From Longimicrobiales bacterium (GTDB lineage: Bacteria; Gemmatimonadota; Gemmatimonadetes; Longimicrobiales; Gaopeijiaceae), in contig OZ241892.1 in the NCBI GenBank assembly GCA_965203485.1, positions 2,272,001 through 2,336,000 on the forward strand: 64,000 nt of DNA, in the 5' to 3' direction. The first letter of the stretch is position 1. Each line of letters starts with the position of its first letter. A program made the translations under genes and the position numbers. Below the pieces are notes generated by a model that searched no databases, was not told the DNA's origin, and was given only the letters and a program-made list of their open reading frames with translations. This document shows, in pieces, positions 43,269 through 54,150 of this stretch.

Positions 43269-44129
43269 CTAGGCCGCATCGTCGTAGGCGAAGAAGCCGC
43301 GGCCCGCCTTGCGGCCGAGCCATCCCGCGGCCACGTACTGGCGCAGGAGCGGACAGGGGCGGTAGCGATCGTTGCCCAGCTCGCGGTGCAGCACCTCGAG
43401 GATCGACAGGCACGTGTCCAAGCCGATGAGGTCGGCCAGGGCGAGCGGTCCCATCGGGTGGTTCATGCCCAGGGTCATCACTTGGTCGATCGCCTCGGCG
43501 TCGGCGACCCCCTCCATCAGCGCGAAGACGGCCTCGTTGATCATCGGGGTCAGGACGCGGTTGGAAACGAAGCCGGGAAAGTCGCGCACCTCCACGGGCG
43601 TCTTGCCGAGCGTCCGGGCGAAGTCGGCCACCACGCGCGCCGTCCGGTCGCTGGTGGCCAGCCCTCGGATCACCTCGACGAGCTTCATGACCGGAACCGG
43701 ATTCATGAAGTGCATTCCGATTACCTGCTGCGGGCGCCGCGTGCGGGCCGCAATCGCGGTAATGGAGATCGAGGAGGTGTTGGACGCGAGGATCGCGGCC
43801 GCCTGCGCAATGCCGTCGAGGGCCGCGAAGACCTTGAACTTGAGGTCCGCCGACTCCGGGACGGCTTCCACGACCAAGTCGGCAGCCGACGCGGCGCCCA
43901 TGTCGGTGGACGGCGCGATCCGCTCGAGGGCGGCCGAGCGCTGGCCGCGCGTGATCGCGTCCTTGGCCAGCTGCCTGCCGAGGTTGCGCCCCACGGCGTC
44001 GATGCCGCGGGCGACGGCCTGCTCCGACACGTCGATCAGGTCCACCCGCGCCCCCGCCAGCGCGCACACGTGGGCGATGCCGTGGCCCATGGCGCCCGCG
44101 CCGACGACGGCGATCCGGCCGATGCTCAC
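43269..44129 (-). CDS. hbd: 3-hydroxybutyryl-CoA dehydrogenase
   Basis: GAGAMG, ASNTSS, MHFMNP, PGFVSNR, NHPMGPL. Confidence 0.92.
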   Translation of the reverse strand: MSIGRIAVVGAGAMGHGIAHVCALAGARVDLIDVSEQAVARGIDAVGRNLGRQLAKDAITRGQRSAALERIAPSTDMGAASAADLVVEAVPESADLKFKVFAALDGIAQAAAILASNTSSISITAIAARTRRPQQVIGMHFMNPVPVMKLVEVIRGLATSDRTARVVADFARTLGKTPVEVRDFPGFVSNRVLTPMINEAVFALMEGVADAEAIDQVMTLGMNHPMGPLALADLIGLDTCLSILEVLHRELGNDRYRPCPLLRQYVAAGWLGRKAGRGFFAYDDAA

Positions 44130-44163
44130 GGGCGCGCGCGTCCGCCCGCCCCCGGCCCGGCGC

Positions 44164-44757
44164 TCAGCGGGCCCCTCCCCGGACCGCCCGGATCACCGCC
44201 AAGGCGATCGCGGCCTTGATCGCCGCGCCCAGCAGGAACGGCTGCACGGCCAGCGCGAATATCTCGGCCGGGGCGCGATCGCTGACCACCGCGATCCACG
44301 AAGCGCCGAGCGCGAAGACCGCCGCGGTGCCCGCCGCGAGCCCCGCGGCCGGGCGCGCGAGGCCCTTCGACTCGCCGGAAATCCAGCCGACCAGCGCCGA
44401 AGCGAGCGGAAACGCCAGGAGATAGCCGCCGGTGGGCCCGAGCAGCCACGGCCACCCACCGCCGCCCATGGCGAACACCGGAACGCCCGAGACGCCCAGC
44501 GCCAAGTAGAGCAGTTGCGACGCCGCGCCTCCGACCGGCCCGAGCACGCCGCCCGACAGAAGGACGAACAGCGTCTGCCACGTCATCGGCACGGGCGTGA
44601 AGCCCAGCGGGACGGCGAAGTGGGCCCCGGCCGCGGTCAGCACGGAAAAGCAAAGCGTCCACGCGGCGATCCCCAGGGGGCGGCTGCGGGAGAACGCCTG
44701 CGCGGCCTCCCAGGCGGGCGGGCGGGCGGCCAAGCCGGCCGTCTTCGGTTCGATCAT
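44164..44757 (-). CDS. bioY: Biotin transporter BioY
   Basis: [15 protein letters not shown]; strong RBS before ATG44757. Confidence 0.88.
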   Translation of the reverse strand: MIEPKTAGLAARPPAWEAAQAFSRSRPLGIAAWTLCFSVLTAAGAHFAVPLGFTPVPMTWQTLFVLLSGGVLGPVGGAASQLLYLALGVSGVPVFAMGGGGWPWLLGPTGGYLLAFPLASALVGWISGESKGLARPAAGLAAGTAAVFALGASWIAVVSDRAPAEIFALAVQPFLLGAAIKAAIALAVIRAVRGGAR

Positions 44758-44863
44758 TCGTCTGGTCCTCTTCCTTTTCGGATCGCTGCTTTCCGGTTCG
44801 TCCCGCACTGCGTAGTCCGGGCGCGCGTCCGCGTCCGCCTCGGACCCCTTCACGAGCCCCCGC

Positions 44864-46072
44864 CTACGCCTGCCGGACCGAGAGCGCGACCGCGGCGCCG
44901 CCTCCCAAGCAGAGGGCGGCCAAGCCGCGCTCCTCGTCCCTGTCCGCCATCGCGTGGAGCAAGGTCACCAAGATCCGCGCGCCCGACGCCCCGATCGGAT
45001 GGCCGAGGGCCACTGCGCCGCCTCTCACGTTCATGCGCTCGGGATCCAGCTCGAGCTCGCGGGCGTTGGCGACCGCCTGCACCGCGAACGCCTCGTTGAT
45101 CTCGGCCAGCCCGTAGTCGCCCACCTCGGACCGCTCGCTCCGCGCCAGCCTGCGCACCGCGCGCACCGGCGCGAAGAACAGATCGCGGGGCTCGGCGCCC
45201 GCGGCCGCGTAGCCGGTCACCACGGCGCGCCAGCGCAGTCCGTGGGCCTCGGCGTACTCCTTGCTGGCGACGACCAGCGCCGCGGCCCCGTCGTTGAGTC
45301 CCGGGGCGTTGCCGGCCGTCACCACCAGCTCCTCGACTCCCGCGGGAGCGTCGCGCTCGAACGCCGGGCGCAAGCGGGCCAGGGCATCGATCGACGTGTC
45401 CCTCCGCGGGCATTCGTCGGCCTCCACGACGGCAGCGCCCTTGCGCGTCTCGACCGGCACGGGCACGGTCTCGCGCTGGAATTCCCCCGCGTCGAGGGCC
45501 GCCACCGCTCGCCGGTGCGACTCCGCGGCGAAGGCGTCGGCGTCGGCGCGCGTCACGCCGGCCCGGGCGGCCGTGTACTCCGCGTGCCCTCCCATGTGGC
45601 GGTTCTCGAAGGCGCACCACAGGCCGTCGTGCACCAGTCCGTCCTCCAAGGTCCGGTCGCCGAACTTGACGCCGCCGCGCAGGCCCCGCGCGTAGTGCGG
45701 CGCGTTGGACATCGACTCGAAGCCGCCCGCCGCCACCAGGCGCGCGTCGCCCGCGCGAACGGCCTGGGCGGCCAGCATGACCGCCTTGAGCCCCGACCCG
45801 CAAACCTTGTTGACCGTGAGCGCGGGCACGTCGGCCGGCACGCCGCCGGCGATCGCCGCCTGCCGGGCCGGCGCCTGCCCCGCCCCCGCGCTCACCACGT
45901 TGCCCAGCACGACTTCGTCGAGCTCCGCCGGGTCCGCCCCCGCTCTCTCGATCGCGGCGCGCACCGCCACGGCCCCAAGCTGCGGTCCCGAGAGCGGAGC
46001 GAGCCCGCCCAGGAAGCGCCCGACGGGCGTTCTGGCCCCGTCCAATATGACGGGCGTCGTCGCTGGATTCAC
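44864..46072 (-). CDS. Acetyl-CoA C-acetyltransferase (thiolase)
   Basis: [25 protein letters not shown]. Confidence 0.94.
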   Translation of the reverse strand: MNPATTPVILDGARTPVGRFLGGLAPLSGPQLGAVAVRAAIERAGADPAELDEVVLGNVVSAGAGQAPARQAAIAGGVPADVPALTVNKVCGSGLKAVMLAAQAVRAGDARLVAAGGFESMSNAPHYARGLRGGVKFGDRTLEDGLVHDGLWCAFENRHMGGHAEYTAARAGVTRADADAFAAESHRRAVAALDAGEFQRETVPVPVETRKGAAVVEADECPRRDTSIDALARLRPAFERDAPAGVEELVVTAGNAPGLNDGAAALVVASKEYAEAHGLRWRAVVTGYAAAGAEPRDLFFAPVRAVRRLARSERSEVGDYGLAEINEAFAVQAVANARELELDPERMNVRGGAVALGHPIGASGARILVTLLHAMADRDEERGLAALCLGGGAAVALSVRQA

Positions 46073-46280
46073 GCTGTGCTCCTCGCTCTTTCGCCGTAGT
46101 GGCCGGAGGGAAACCGCAAGGCCTCAAATGTACCAGGAAGCAGGTCGCGAGGGGCCGCTGGGGACGTGGGCAGCGGGGTGGCCCGCGGCCGAGACCGCCG
46201 CCGGGGGGCGGTCAGCGCCGCCGAGACGCCCCGCCCGCGCTGCAGGTCGAAACGGACCCGCCGACGGACGTCGCAGACGT

Positions 46281-47144
46281 TCAGCCGCTGCCGAGGACTG
46301 GCCGGTCCGCCTCCCTGAACAGGTCGCGCTGCCGCCTGGAGCGGCGCGGCGGGCGGTGCCTCCTGAGGGCGCGCAGGTCGCCTACGCCCAGCGACTCGGC
46401 CCTGTCCAAAAGGCGGAGCAGAACGCGCGCCGTCGCGAGCGCGTCGCCGCCCGCGCGGTGCCGACGGTGGACGCCGATGCGAAAGTGCTCCGCCAGCGCG
46501 TCCAGGTTGCGCCGCCCCAGCTCCGGCGCGAAACGGCGGGCCAAGCTCATCGTGCAGACCCGTGGCACGGCGGGGGCGTCGCCGCGAGCGTCGTGGAGCT
46601 GGGCGCGCACCCACCCCCAGTCGAACCCAGCGTTGTGGGCGGCGAACACGCGTCCCTCGATGCGCCCGAATATCTCGTCGGCGATCTCGTCGAACGTGGG
46701 CGCCCCGGCCACCATGCGATCGTCGATGCCGGTCAGCCGCGCCGCCCATCGCGGAATCCGCCGGCCCGGATTCACGAGCGTTTCGAACACGTCCTGCACC
46801 GCCCCGCCGTCCACCTCCACGACCGCGATCTCCGTGATGCGGTGCCCCGCCGCGTGCGTGCCTCCGGTCGTCTCGACATCCACCACCGAGTAACGCAGCG
46901 CCGACACCGGCGTCCCCGGCCCGCGCGCCCCCGGCCGGGCGCTCCACACGCCCTCGCCGTCCACGACGAAGCGGTCGTCGCCGCCCAGCAGGGCGAACAC
47001 GGCGGCCGCGGCCGCTCTCCGTCCGCCCCGAAGCCGCAGCACGTCCGCCGCCAGCTCGGTCGTGTGCAACGGGCCGTCCTGCAACGCGGCCCACGCCTCC
47101 TGCAGCAACGAGACCCGCGCAGCCGGCATCCTCACGAACCGCAT
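46281..47144 (-). CDS. DEDDh 3'-5' exonuclease (DnaQ-like)
   Basis: VDVETTG, AHNAGFD, HRAGGDA. Confidence 0.88.
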   Translation of the reverse strand: MRFVRMPAARVSLLQEAWAALQDGPLHTTELAADVLRLRGGRRAAAAAVFALLGGDDRFVVDGEGVWSARPGARGPGTPVSALRYSVVDVETTGGTHAAGHRITEIAVVEVDGGAVQDVFETLVNPGRRIPRWAARLTGIDDRMVAGAPTFDEIADEIFGRIEGRVFAAHNAGFDWGWVRAQLHDARGDAPAVPRVCTMSLARRFAPELGRRNLDALAEHFRIGVHRRHRAGGDALATARVLLRLLDRAESLGVGDLRALRRHRPPRRSRRQRDLFREADRPVLGSG

Positions 47145-47247
47145 GCGGCGCCGGTCCCGAACCGGTCCGCGACGGCCTGCCTACGCGTCCCGCCGCCGAG
47201 CCCGTCCCCGAGCCGTCGAGCCGTCGCCCAAGGCCGGAGCGCCGGGC

Positions 47248-47898
47248 TCATCCGGGACGGCCGCCCCGCCCCCGGACCAGCGCGTGCGACAGGCTCTCCA
47301 GCTCGACGAGCATGCTCACGTTGCGCAACGTCACTTCGTCGGGAACCCGCAACTGCACGGGCGCGTAGTTGAGCACCGCCTTGACGCCCGCGTCCACGAC
47401 CCGGTCCGCCACTTCCTGCGTCGCGGCCGCCGGCACCGCGAGGATCGCCAAGTCGGTTCGGTCCTCCTCGACGACCCTCTCCAGCTCCCGGACACCGCGG
47501 ATCCGCACGTCGCCGAGGCGCGTCCCCACCTTGGCCGGGTCGGCGTCCACCACCGCAGTGATCACGAACCCCCGCTTTCGGAACAGCTCGTACTCGAAGA
47601 GCGCCGTGCCGATGCGGCCCGCCCCCACCAGCGCAACGCGCCACTTCGTGTCCAAGCCCAGCGTTCGGCGCAACGCCCGCACGAGATCCGGCACCGAGTA
47701 GCCCAGGCCGCGCTTCCCCATGGAACCCAAGTGCTGGAGGTCCTTGCGCACCTGCGCAGCGGTGGCCCCAGTGTGCTCCGCCAGCGCCATGCTGGCCGTC
47801 GTGGTTCTGCCCGCCCGCTCGAACTCCTCCAGGAACCGCAAGTACAAGGAAAACCGGCGCACTGTGGCGTCCGGAATGCGGTTTGAAGGGGTTTTCAC
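47248..47898 (-). CDS. rex: Redox-sensing transcriptional repressor Rex
   Basis: TVRRFSLY, QVRKDL, GKRGLGY, GAGRIG; start codon GTG inferred. Confidence 0.93.
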   Translation of the reverse strand: MKTPSNRIPDATVRRFSLYLRFLEEFERAGRTTTASMALAEHTGATAAQVRKDLQHLGSMGKRGLGYSVPDLVRALRRTLGLDTKWRVALVGAGRIGTALFEYELFRKRGFVITAVVDADPAKVGTRLGDVRIRGVRELERVVEEDRTDLAILAVPAAATQEVADRVVDAGVKAVLNYAPVQLRVPDEVTLRNVSMLVELESLSHALVRGRGGRPG

Positions 47899-47988
47899 AA
47901 GGGCCAAGCTAACATGGCGCGGGACGGTCAAATCCGGCTCGGCCGGCTGTCGGGGCGCCCTGCGGCGGGGCCGCGCGGGCGTTGCGCG

Positions 47989-48843
47989 TCACGCCGGTCC
48001 CGGCCGGCCGCCGGCCCTTTCCGCCGGGTGCGGCGGGCCGGCGTCCGCGAGGGCCGCGCTCAGCGCCGCGAAGTCGTCCGGGGCCAGCTGTTCGGGCCGC
48101 GCGGCCGGATCGATCGAACGGGCCTCCAGCGCCTCCATGCCCGCCCGCCGGGCCGCGCGCAATTCCGGGTGAGTCCGGAGGATCGTGCCGATCTGCTTGC
48201 GCCGCCACGAGAACGCCGCACGCACCAGCCTGCGGGCGCGCGCGGCTTCGGCCGGCCCCATCGCCGGCGGCGACCGCGGCGTGAGGCGAACCACCGCCGA
48301 GTCGACCCGGGGCTTCGGCCAAAACGCGCTTCGCGGCACGGAGAACAAGCGTTCGGCCCGGGCGCGCAAGGCCACGCCGACCGAGAGCGCGCCGTACGTC
48401 TTGCCGCCCGGGCCGGCCAGCATCCGCCGGGCCACCTCCGCCTGCACCATCAGCACGATCTCGGCCGGGCAGGGCGGCTCCAGCAGGCTAAACACGATCG
48501 GCGTCGTGATGTTGTAGGGGATGTTTCCCACCACGCGGGTGCGCGCCCAAGAGTCCGTCAGCCCTGCCAAGTCCTGCTCGAGCACGTCGCCGTGAACGAC
48601 CGCCACGCTCGGCCGGTCCTCGAACGCCGCGCGGAGCCGCTCGGCCAGCACGTCGTCGAGTTCGACCGCCACCACCCGCGCCCCGCGGTCCGCCAAGCGC
48701 CGGGTCAGCTCGCCCCGTCCAGGGCCGATCTCCAGTACCTGCTCGCCCTCGCTCGCCCCGCAGGCCGCCGCGATCCGCCGTTGCGCCGCCTCCGAGACGA
48801 GGAAGTTCTGCCCCAGCGAGCGCTTCGGCCGGTGCGCCCTCAC
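47989..48843 (-). CDS. rsmA: 16S rRNA dimethyltransferase RsmA/KsgA
   Basis: LGQNFL, EIGPGRG, GNIPYNIT, F.PKPRVDSAV. Confidence 0.95.
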   Translation of the reverse strand: MRAHRPKRSLGQNFLVSEAAQRRIAAACGASEGEQVLEIGPGRGELTRRLADRGARVVAVELDDVLAERLRAAFEDRPSVAVVHGDVLEQDLAGLTDSWARTRVVGNIPYNITTPIVFSLLEPPCPAEIVLMVQAEVARRMLAGPGGKTYGALSVGVALRARAERLFSVPRSAFWPKPRVDSAVVRLTPRSPPAMGPAEAARARRLVRAAFSWRRKQIGTILRTHPELRAARRAGMEALEARSIDPAARPEQLAPDDFAALSAALADAGPPHPAERAGGRPGPA

Positions 48844-48972
48844 CGAACCGGCTTCGGCGGGGCCGCGCGCGCTGGGACGGCGGCTCGACGCCGTCGGGGA
48901 CGGCGGCTTCGGCGGGGCTCGGCTACGCGCACGAGGACGACCAGGACGGCAGGGCGGCCTGCGCCACCATGG

Positions 48973-50064
48973 TCACGGCTCGGCCGTGCGCACGAGGACG
49001 GCGGTGCGATCGTCCGCCAGCAGAGAACGGGCGGGGGCGCGCATGGCGAAGAGCCGTTGCAGGACGAACGCGGGCGGGCGGGCGCGGTGCCGGGCCGCCA
49101 TCGCGACGACGCGGCCCTCGCCGTCTTGGCGGCGGCGCGAAGCGAGCGTGTCGGAGAGGCCGTCGGTGAAGAGCAGGAGCAGGTCCTCGCCCGAGCGCCA
49201 GGGGACGGCGGCCTCGGCGAAGGGCGGGGACGCGATGCCCATGGGTGGCTCGGTGGCGCCGAGGCGTTTCTGCGCGCCGGCGCCCGCGACCAGGAACGCG
49301 TGCGCATGGCCCGCGTTGGAGTAGACCAGCCGGGCCCGAGCGGCGGGGCCGCCCGTTGCACCGGGCTCGCCGGGCGAAAGGACGCCGTAGAAGAGCGTCA
49401 CGAACATTTCGGTGGACTCGAGCTCGTCGCCGATGGCGTTGTGGATGCGCTCCATCACGGTGGCCGGCCGGTCGCCGCCCTCGGCGGAGATGACGGCGGC
49501 GCTGACGGCGTGCGCCATGACGAGAGCGGCCGGCAGCCCGTGCCCGGACACGTCGCCGATCATCACTCCGGCTCGGCCGCCCGACAGGGCCACCACCTGG
49601 TAGAAGTCGCCGCCGACGGACGCCGCCGGCACGACGCGGGCAGCCGCCTCCACGCCGGGGATCGGCGGGATCGGCGGGATGAGCTTGAGTTGCAGGTCGT
49701 GGGCCAGTTGCATCTCGCGCGACACCTGGTCGCCCGCGACGCGGGCCAGCCCGCAGGTGCGCCGAAGCGTGTCCTCGAGCAGGTCCGCTTCGGGACGACG
49801 GCCGTCGGGGCATGCGACCTCGACGTGAAGCACGGACCGGTCGTCCACATCGACCTGGAACGACTTCGCGGCGGAGGACAGGCCGGCCCCGGCGTTCGGC
49901 GGCCCCGCAGCCGCCGCGTCCGCCGAGGACGACGGCGCCACGGGCACGCGGCCCGATTCGGTCACGTGCCAAGCTCGCACGTCCAGGCCCAGCGCGTCGC
50001 GGAAGCCCCCGACGACGGCCGCCGCTTCCTCGAGCGGGCGGGGCGGCGAACCGTTCTCCGTCAC
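48973..50064 (-). CDS. PP2C-type SpoIIE/RsbU phosphatase
   Basis: VGGDFY, GDVSGHG, NAGH, FTDGL, DDRT. Confidence 0.88.
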   Translation of the reverse strand: MTENGSPPRPLEEAAAVVGGFRDALGLDVRAWHVTESGRVPVAPSSSADAAAAGPPNAGAGLSSAAKSFQVDVDDRSVLHVEVACPDGRRPEADLLEDTLRRTCGLARVAGDQVSREMQLAHDLQLKLIPPIPPIPGVEAAARVVPAASVGGDFYQVVALSGGRAGVMIGDVSGHGLPAALVMAHAVSAAVISAEGGDRPATVMERIHNAIGDELESTEMFVTLFYGVLSPGEPGATGGPAARARLVYSNAGHAHAFLVAGAGAQKRLGATEPPMGIASPPFAEAAVPWRSGEDLLLLFTDGLSDTLASRRRQDGEGRVVAMAARHRARPPAFVLQRLFAMRAPARSLLADDRTAVLVRTAEP

Positions 50065-50549
50065 GGCGACGGCGGCGGATCGCGCAGAACCAGCGTCACG
50101 GCGCTGCCCTCGCCGCTGTAGGCCACCTCGTCCATCAACGCTCGCATGATGAAGATGCCGCGGCCCGTGGACTTGGAGATGTTCGCGGGCAATCGGGGGT
50201 CCGGCACGCCGGCCGGGTCGAAGCCCGCTCCCGAATCGCTGACGCGCACCCGTATCTCGCCCGGCTCGGCCCGGAGTTCGACGCGGACCCGCTTGTCGCC
50301 GCCGGATCCGCCGTAGAGCACCGCGTTGGCGAGCGCCTCGGTCACCCCGAGGCGGAAGTTGAAGCGCAACCGCTGGGGATCGCGCCACGTCCCGGCGCAA
50401 CGATCCATCAGCAGGTCCACCGTGGGTTCGATGTCGTCGACGCCTTCGACGAACTGCACCATGTCCGCCGAGGGGCCGGGCGCTCCGGACGCCCCCGCGT
50501 CTCCGCCGCGAACGCCGCCCGCCGCCGGCGTTGCCTGCTCGCCCTCCAT
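50061..50549 (-). CDS. Anti-sigma factor / Ser kinase (RsbW-like)
   Basis: EALANAV, VSDSGAGFD, GRGIFIM. Confidence 0.88.
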   Translation of the reverse strand: MEGEQATPAAGGVRGGDAGASGAPGPSADMVQFVEGVDDIEPTVDLLMDRCAGTWRDPQRLRFNFRLGVTEALANAVLYGGSGGDKRVRVELRAEPGEIRVRVSDSGAGFDPAGVPDPRLPANISKSTGRGIFIMRALMDEVAYSGEGSAVTLVLRDPPPSP

Positions 50550-50881
50550 CACAACTCCGCCAGCGAGTCCTCCAACGCGGAATCGATGTGGAAGAGGGTG
50601 TCCAGCTTCGTGAGTTCGAAAAGGGAGCGCAGGTCGTCGTCCAAGCCGCAGAGGCGCAACTCGCCGCCCTCGTAGCGAATCTTCTTGGAGAGGCTCACGA
50701 GCACGCCCAGGCCCGAGGAGTCGACGTAGGTCGCGGCGGAGAAGTCCATCGCGAACTTGCGCGCGCCGTCTTCCACCGCCGCGAGCACCTTGTCCTTGAG
50801 GTCCTGCCGGTTGGCCACGATGAGCTTGTCCGCCACCCGAACGACCGCAACGCCGTCCTGCAAGTGGACGCTGAATGCCAT
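50549..50881 (-). CDS. STAS anti-sigma factor antagonist (RsbV-like)
   Basis: YVDSSGLGVL, FELTKL. Confidence 0.9.
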   Translation of the reverse strand: MAFSVHLQDGVAVVRVADKLIVANRQDLKDKVLAAVEDGARKFAMDFSAATYVDSSGLGVLVSLSKKIRYEGGELRLCGLDDDLRSLFELTKLDTLFHIDSALEDSLAEL

Positions 50882-50974
50882 GAAGCGAGTCCTTCCACGC
50901 CTTGAACGGCTGCACGAGGAAACGGAGGACGCTTGGCCAAGTTGCACCGGAACGGCGCGCGGGTCAAGCCGTCG

Positions 50975-51889
50975 TCAGCCCGCCTTCGCGAGCGGGGGGT
51001 CCCGGAAGATCCGCCGGCGATGCCATGCGACGAACACGGGCGACGGCGCGAGCTCGGGCGTTGTCGGCGGCCGGACGGCCTTGCCGTGCAAGTCGAGCAG
51101 CTGCCTCGTCGCCGGACTCGCGCCTTCGACTTCGCCCGACACCAGCACGCGGAGGCGCCGTTCCACGGGCTCGAGGCCCAGCGCGCCCCGGTCCAGCGCC
51201 CTGCGGTGAGGCAGACAGAGCGCGAGCGCGTTCGAGACCTCGCTGGGCCCCCCGCGAGAACGCCACTTGATCCGCGCCGCCCGCAGTCCGAACACCCACT
51301 CGTCCGCCCGGCTGGCCGGATCGCACACGGCGCAACGGCGGCGGTACTCCTCGAGCACTTTCGCCTCGAAGGACGCGTCGCGCGCGCCCGCGCGCCGATC
51401 CGGCCGCAGCAGACCCCAGTCCCAGCTGATTCCGGCGGCGGCCTTGACGTCGTCGTGGACCGACGGCGGAAAGTGCTCGTCCAAAAGCTGCTCGGCCGCC
51501 GCCACGACCAACGCTGGATCGGACGCCAGCAACTCGTGAACCCGCGCCGGAAAGCCTCCCATCGCCCCGCGCTCGCGCAACTCCTTCGGCCGCAGGTCCC
51601 CGCTGGCGCTCGTCGAGAAGTCCTCGTCTCCCGGAATCTCCCATAGGCCGTCCCGCCGGAGCCGTCCGAAGGGAAACTCCGGGTGCACGACGCTCCTCGA
51701 CGGACCGAAGCGCGCCAGCAAGTCGCCGAGCTCCCGCTCCACGTTCGCATACGCGACCAGCCGCGGCCGACCCCGCGTCACGCGCCCCAGCGCCAGCAAC
51801 AGCAGGAGCGGCTTGTGCGGCGCGCGTCGGCCGTGCCGCTTCCCAGTTCTGATCGCCTCGACGCGGCGGAGGAACTCGGCCTTAGTCAT
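50975..51889 (-). CDS. SBD-HNH type (phosphorothioated-DNA-binding) restriction endonuclease homolog with degenerate active site
   Basis: APHKPLLLL, PEFPFGRL..DGLW, CAVC, AARIKW..GGP..VSNALALC..H, WHRR.IF. Confidence 0.75.
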   Translation of the reverse strand: MTKAEFLRRVEAIRTGKRHGRRAPHKPLLLLLALGRVTRGRPRLVAYANVERELGDLLARFGPSRSVVHPEFPFGRLRRDGLWEIPGDEDFSTSASGDLRPKELRERGAMGGFPARVHELLASDPALVVAAAEQLLDEHFPPSVHDDVKAAAGISWDWGLLRPDRRAGARDASFEAKVLEEYRRRCAVCDPASRADEWVFGLRAARIKWRSRGGPSEVSNALALCLPHRRALDRGALGLEPVERRLRVLVSGEVEGASPATRQLLDLHGKAVRPPTTPELAPSPVFVAWHRRRIFRDPPLAKAG

Positions 51890-52022
51890 CGATCGGACGT
51901 TGTCTTCATGGCCGCCAATGTGGGCCGACGACGACTGGGACGCCAGCCGGTCCCGACTCGGGGTCGGATTGTTCCAATCGACGCATCCAACCCCAGCAGG
52001 CGCGGGGCCGACGCGCCCCGAA

Positions 52023-52980
52023 TCAGGGCCGCGCTCGTCGTAGAACGCCACGCTGAGCACAAGGCTCGCCAGACGCGGGCCGAACCGGCCGCACGAAGAT
52101 GTGCGTCTCCGTTGGGTCGAACACGGGGACTTGCCTGCCGTTCACCCTTCTCCTCGTCGGTTGCCGACTGCTCTCCAGCGTCACGACGCTGTCGCCGAAC
52201 ATCCCGACATAGCTCAGGCCGCCTGGGGAGCGCCTGTCCTTCAGCAAAGCGTAGCAACCCGTCGCCCGCTCCACGACGGCCCCCGCGAGTCCGTCCTTTG
52301 GCGACGTTATGACGACAAGCCGACCATCGTCGGCCAGGAAAAGGTTGTGGTACCCGTCTTGTACTCCGTGAGGACGTGGTGCATGCCGTACAGCACATAT
52401 GCGGCCGAATCAGTACACGTCATCAAGGTTTCAAAGTAGCTGCTCACGTCATCCATGGAGACCGGTGTCCGAGCCCGAGCTTCGCCGCCCAACGCAACGC
52501 TTTCGCCGTCTTCGCCACGGAACACCACGCCCTTCCGCAGCGCCGGGACGGCGGGGCGGCCGTTCAACGCGCAAAGAGCCAACGTTCCCGGCACGGGCAA
52601 CCTCCATTGATGGAAAAGGTCACCCGACCAACTCCAGTAGAGCACCCTGCCCGGGCCCGAAACGAAGACCCCGTCCGGTCCCACGGCCGTCGCGTTCACT
52701 TGCGTGAGTTCGCCCGGCCCGTCGCCCGGCCGACCGCCTCCGAAGACGCCCAGCGCCGAACCGTCGTCCAGCGAGTAGGCCGTCACCGCCAGCGGATCGG
52801 CGGCCTCCGAGACGACCACCAGCCGACGGCCGTAGTCCACGGCGACCGCCGGGCCGAACGATATTCTGCGCCGCCGGCGATCTCGCGCCCCGAGTCCAGG
52901 TCCACTTCCAGAACTTGTTGCGTCGCCGCTTCCGTCGCGGCCGCCGCAACGGCGGCTACGACGCTGGTCCAACGGCGCAT
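52023..52980 (-). pseudogene. Frameshifted secreted beta-propeller-like gene
   Basis: Signal peptide MRRWTSVVAA, frame change near 52860, GDGPGEL motif, further break near 52300. Confidence 0.55.
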
Positions 52981-53250
52981 GTCCGGTTCCCGCCGCACTT
53001 GCGGGCGGTGGAAGGCGCGCGCCGGCGCTGGTGAGGGGGCCGCTGGTTGCCGTGGGCGAAGACGGCGCGACGACGCAGGGACGCAAGGGCGCCTTGTGCA
53101 GGTGCGGCGCATCGTTGTCCAGCCGTTCTGCGACGGGGCCCACCGGGAGTGCGGCTTCGAGGCGGGGTGGATTCAACGCCTTCCGATGCGCCCCTCCACG
53201 AATCGAAGAGCGATCCCTTCACCGTGAAGCGTCCGAGCCCATGGCAGGCG

Positions 53251-54150
53251 TCAACACACGTAGTCCCGAAGGTCGTACCCCAGCTCCGTCATGACCTGTC
53301 CGTGAGCGTCCACGAGCCGCCGCGCTTGCGCCGCGGTCAAGTGGCGCCGCCATCCGCCCACCTTGCCGGAGCGAAAGAACCGGCGGCCCTGTTGCAGGTA
53401 GTTGCGGTACCCGTCTTGTTCTTCGGCACTCCGCAAGTTCGCGAAGCTCGCAAGGCCGACCGCGCGCCGCAGCCGAGCTTGGTCGGCGGCGCCTTCGAGC
53501 CCGAGGAACCGCGCCATCCTGCCCAGTTCGCCCGCTGGATTCGCCAGCATGTCCTCGTAGCGCACCGTCAGCACTGGAAAGGGCGCCGCCTGCCAGCTCG
53601 TCACGTGGCTCGACCAGTCGCTCACGATCTCCCTCAGGCGAGGCCATTCGGCATGTCCAATCTGGTGATTGGGATTGCAGAGATTGTTGACGGCGCTCTC
53701 GAAGTCGCCGCCCAGATAGAACGCCCACGAGACCGCCACGTCAAGAGGATTGCGCACCGCGTACAACGCCCCGCAAGTCGCGTCGTCCGGGAACAGCGGC
53801 TCGCCCGCCGCCGTGTCGACGAAGGTCTCGTGGGCCGGACAGTACAGGCGCACTCCGGAAGAGTCGGGTGGTTGCGCGGCCAGAACCCGGTAGACGGCGG
53901 GCCGGAGCGCGTCGGCTTCGTCCTGCGTCAAGTCCGACGCCACGAGCCCCGTGAGCCGCTCGAAGAGCGCCGGGTCGCAAGAACGCCGCCCGGGCAGCGC
54001 CTCGTCGATGTCGTTGATCGCGACGGCAGGCCCGCAGCGATCCGCCAGGAAGTTGGCCAGCAACGCCTCTCGCCACGTGGTGCCCGACCGCACGTAGCCC
54101 GCCAGCCAAACGAGCCGCCGCCCGCCGGCAACGCGACGCGACTGGATCAA
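53251..54150 (-). CDS. Sulfotransferase (Sulfotransfer_1 type)
   Basis: 5'-PSB-like WLAGYVRSGTTW, 3'-PB YAVRNPLDVAVS, RYEDM, FFRSGKVGGW; TTGA coupling to the upstream gene. Confidence 0.88.
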   Translation of the reverse strand: MIQSRRVAGGRRLVWLAGYVRSGTTWREALLANFLADRCGPAVAINDIDEALPGRRSCDPALFERLTGLVASDLTQDEADALRPAVYRVLAAQPPDSSGVRLYCPAHETFVDTAAGEPLFPDDATCGALYAVRNPLDVAVSWAFYLGGDFESAVNNLCNPNHQIGHAEWPRLREIVSDWSSHVTSWQAAPFPVLTVRYEDMLANPAGELGRMARFLGLEGAADQARLRRAVGLASFANLRSAEEQDGYRNYLQQGRRFFRSGKVGGWRRHLTAAQARRLVDAHGQVMTELGYDLRDYVC

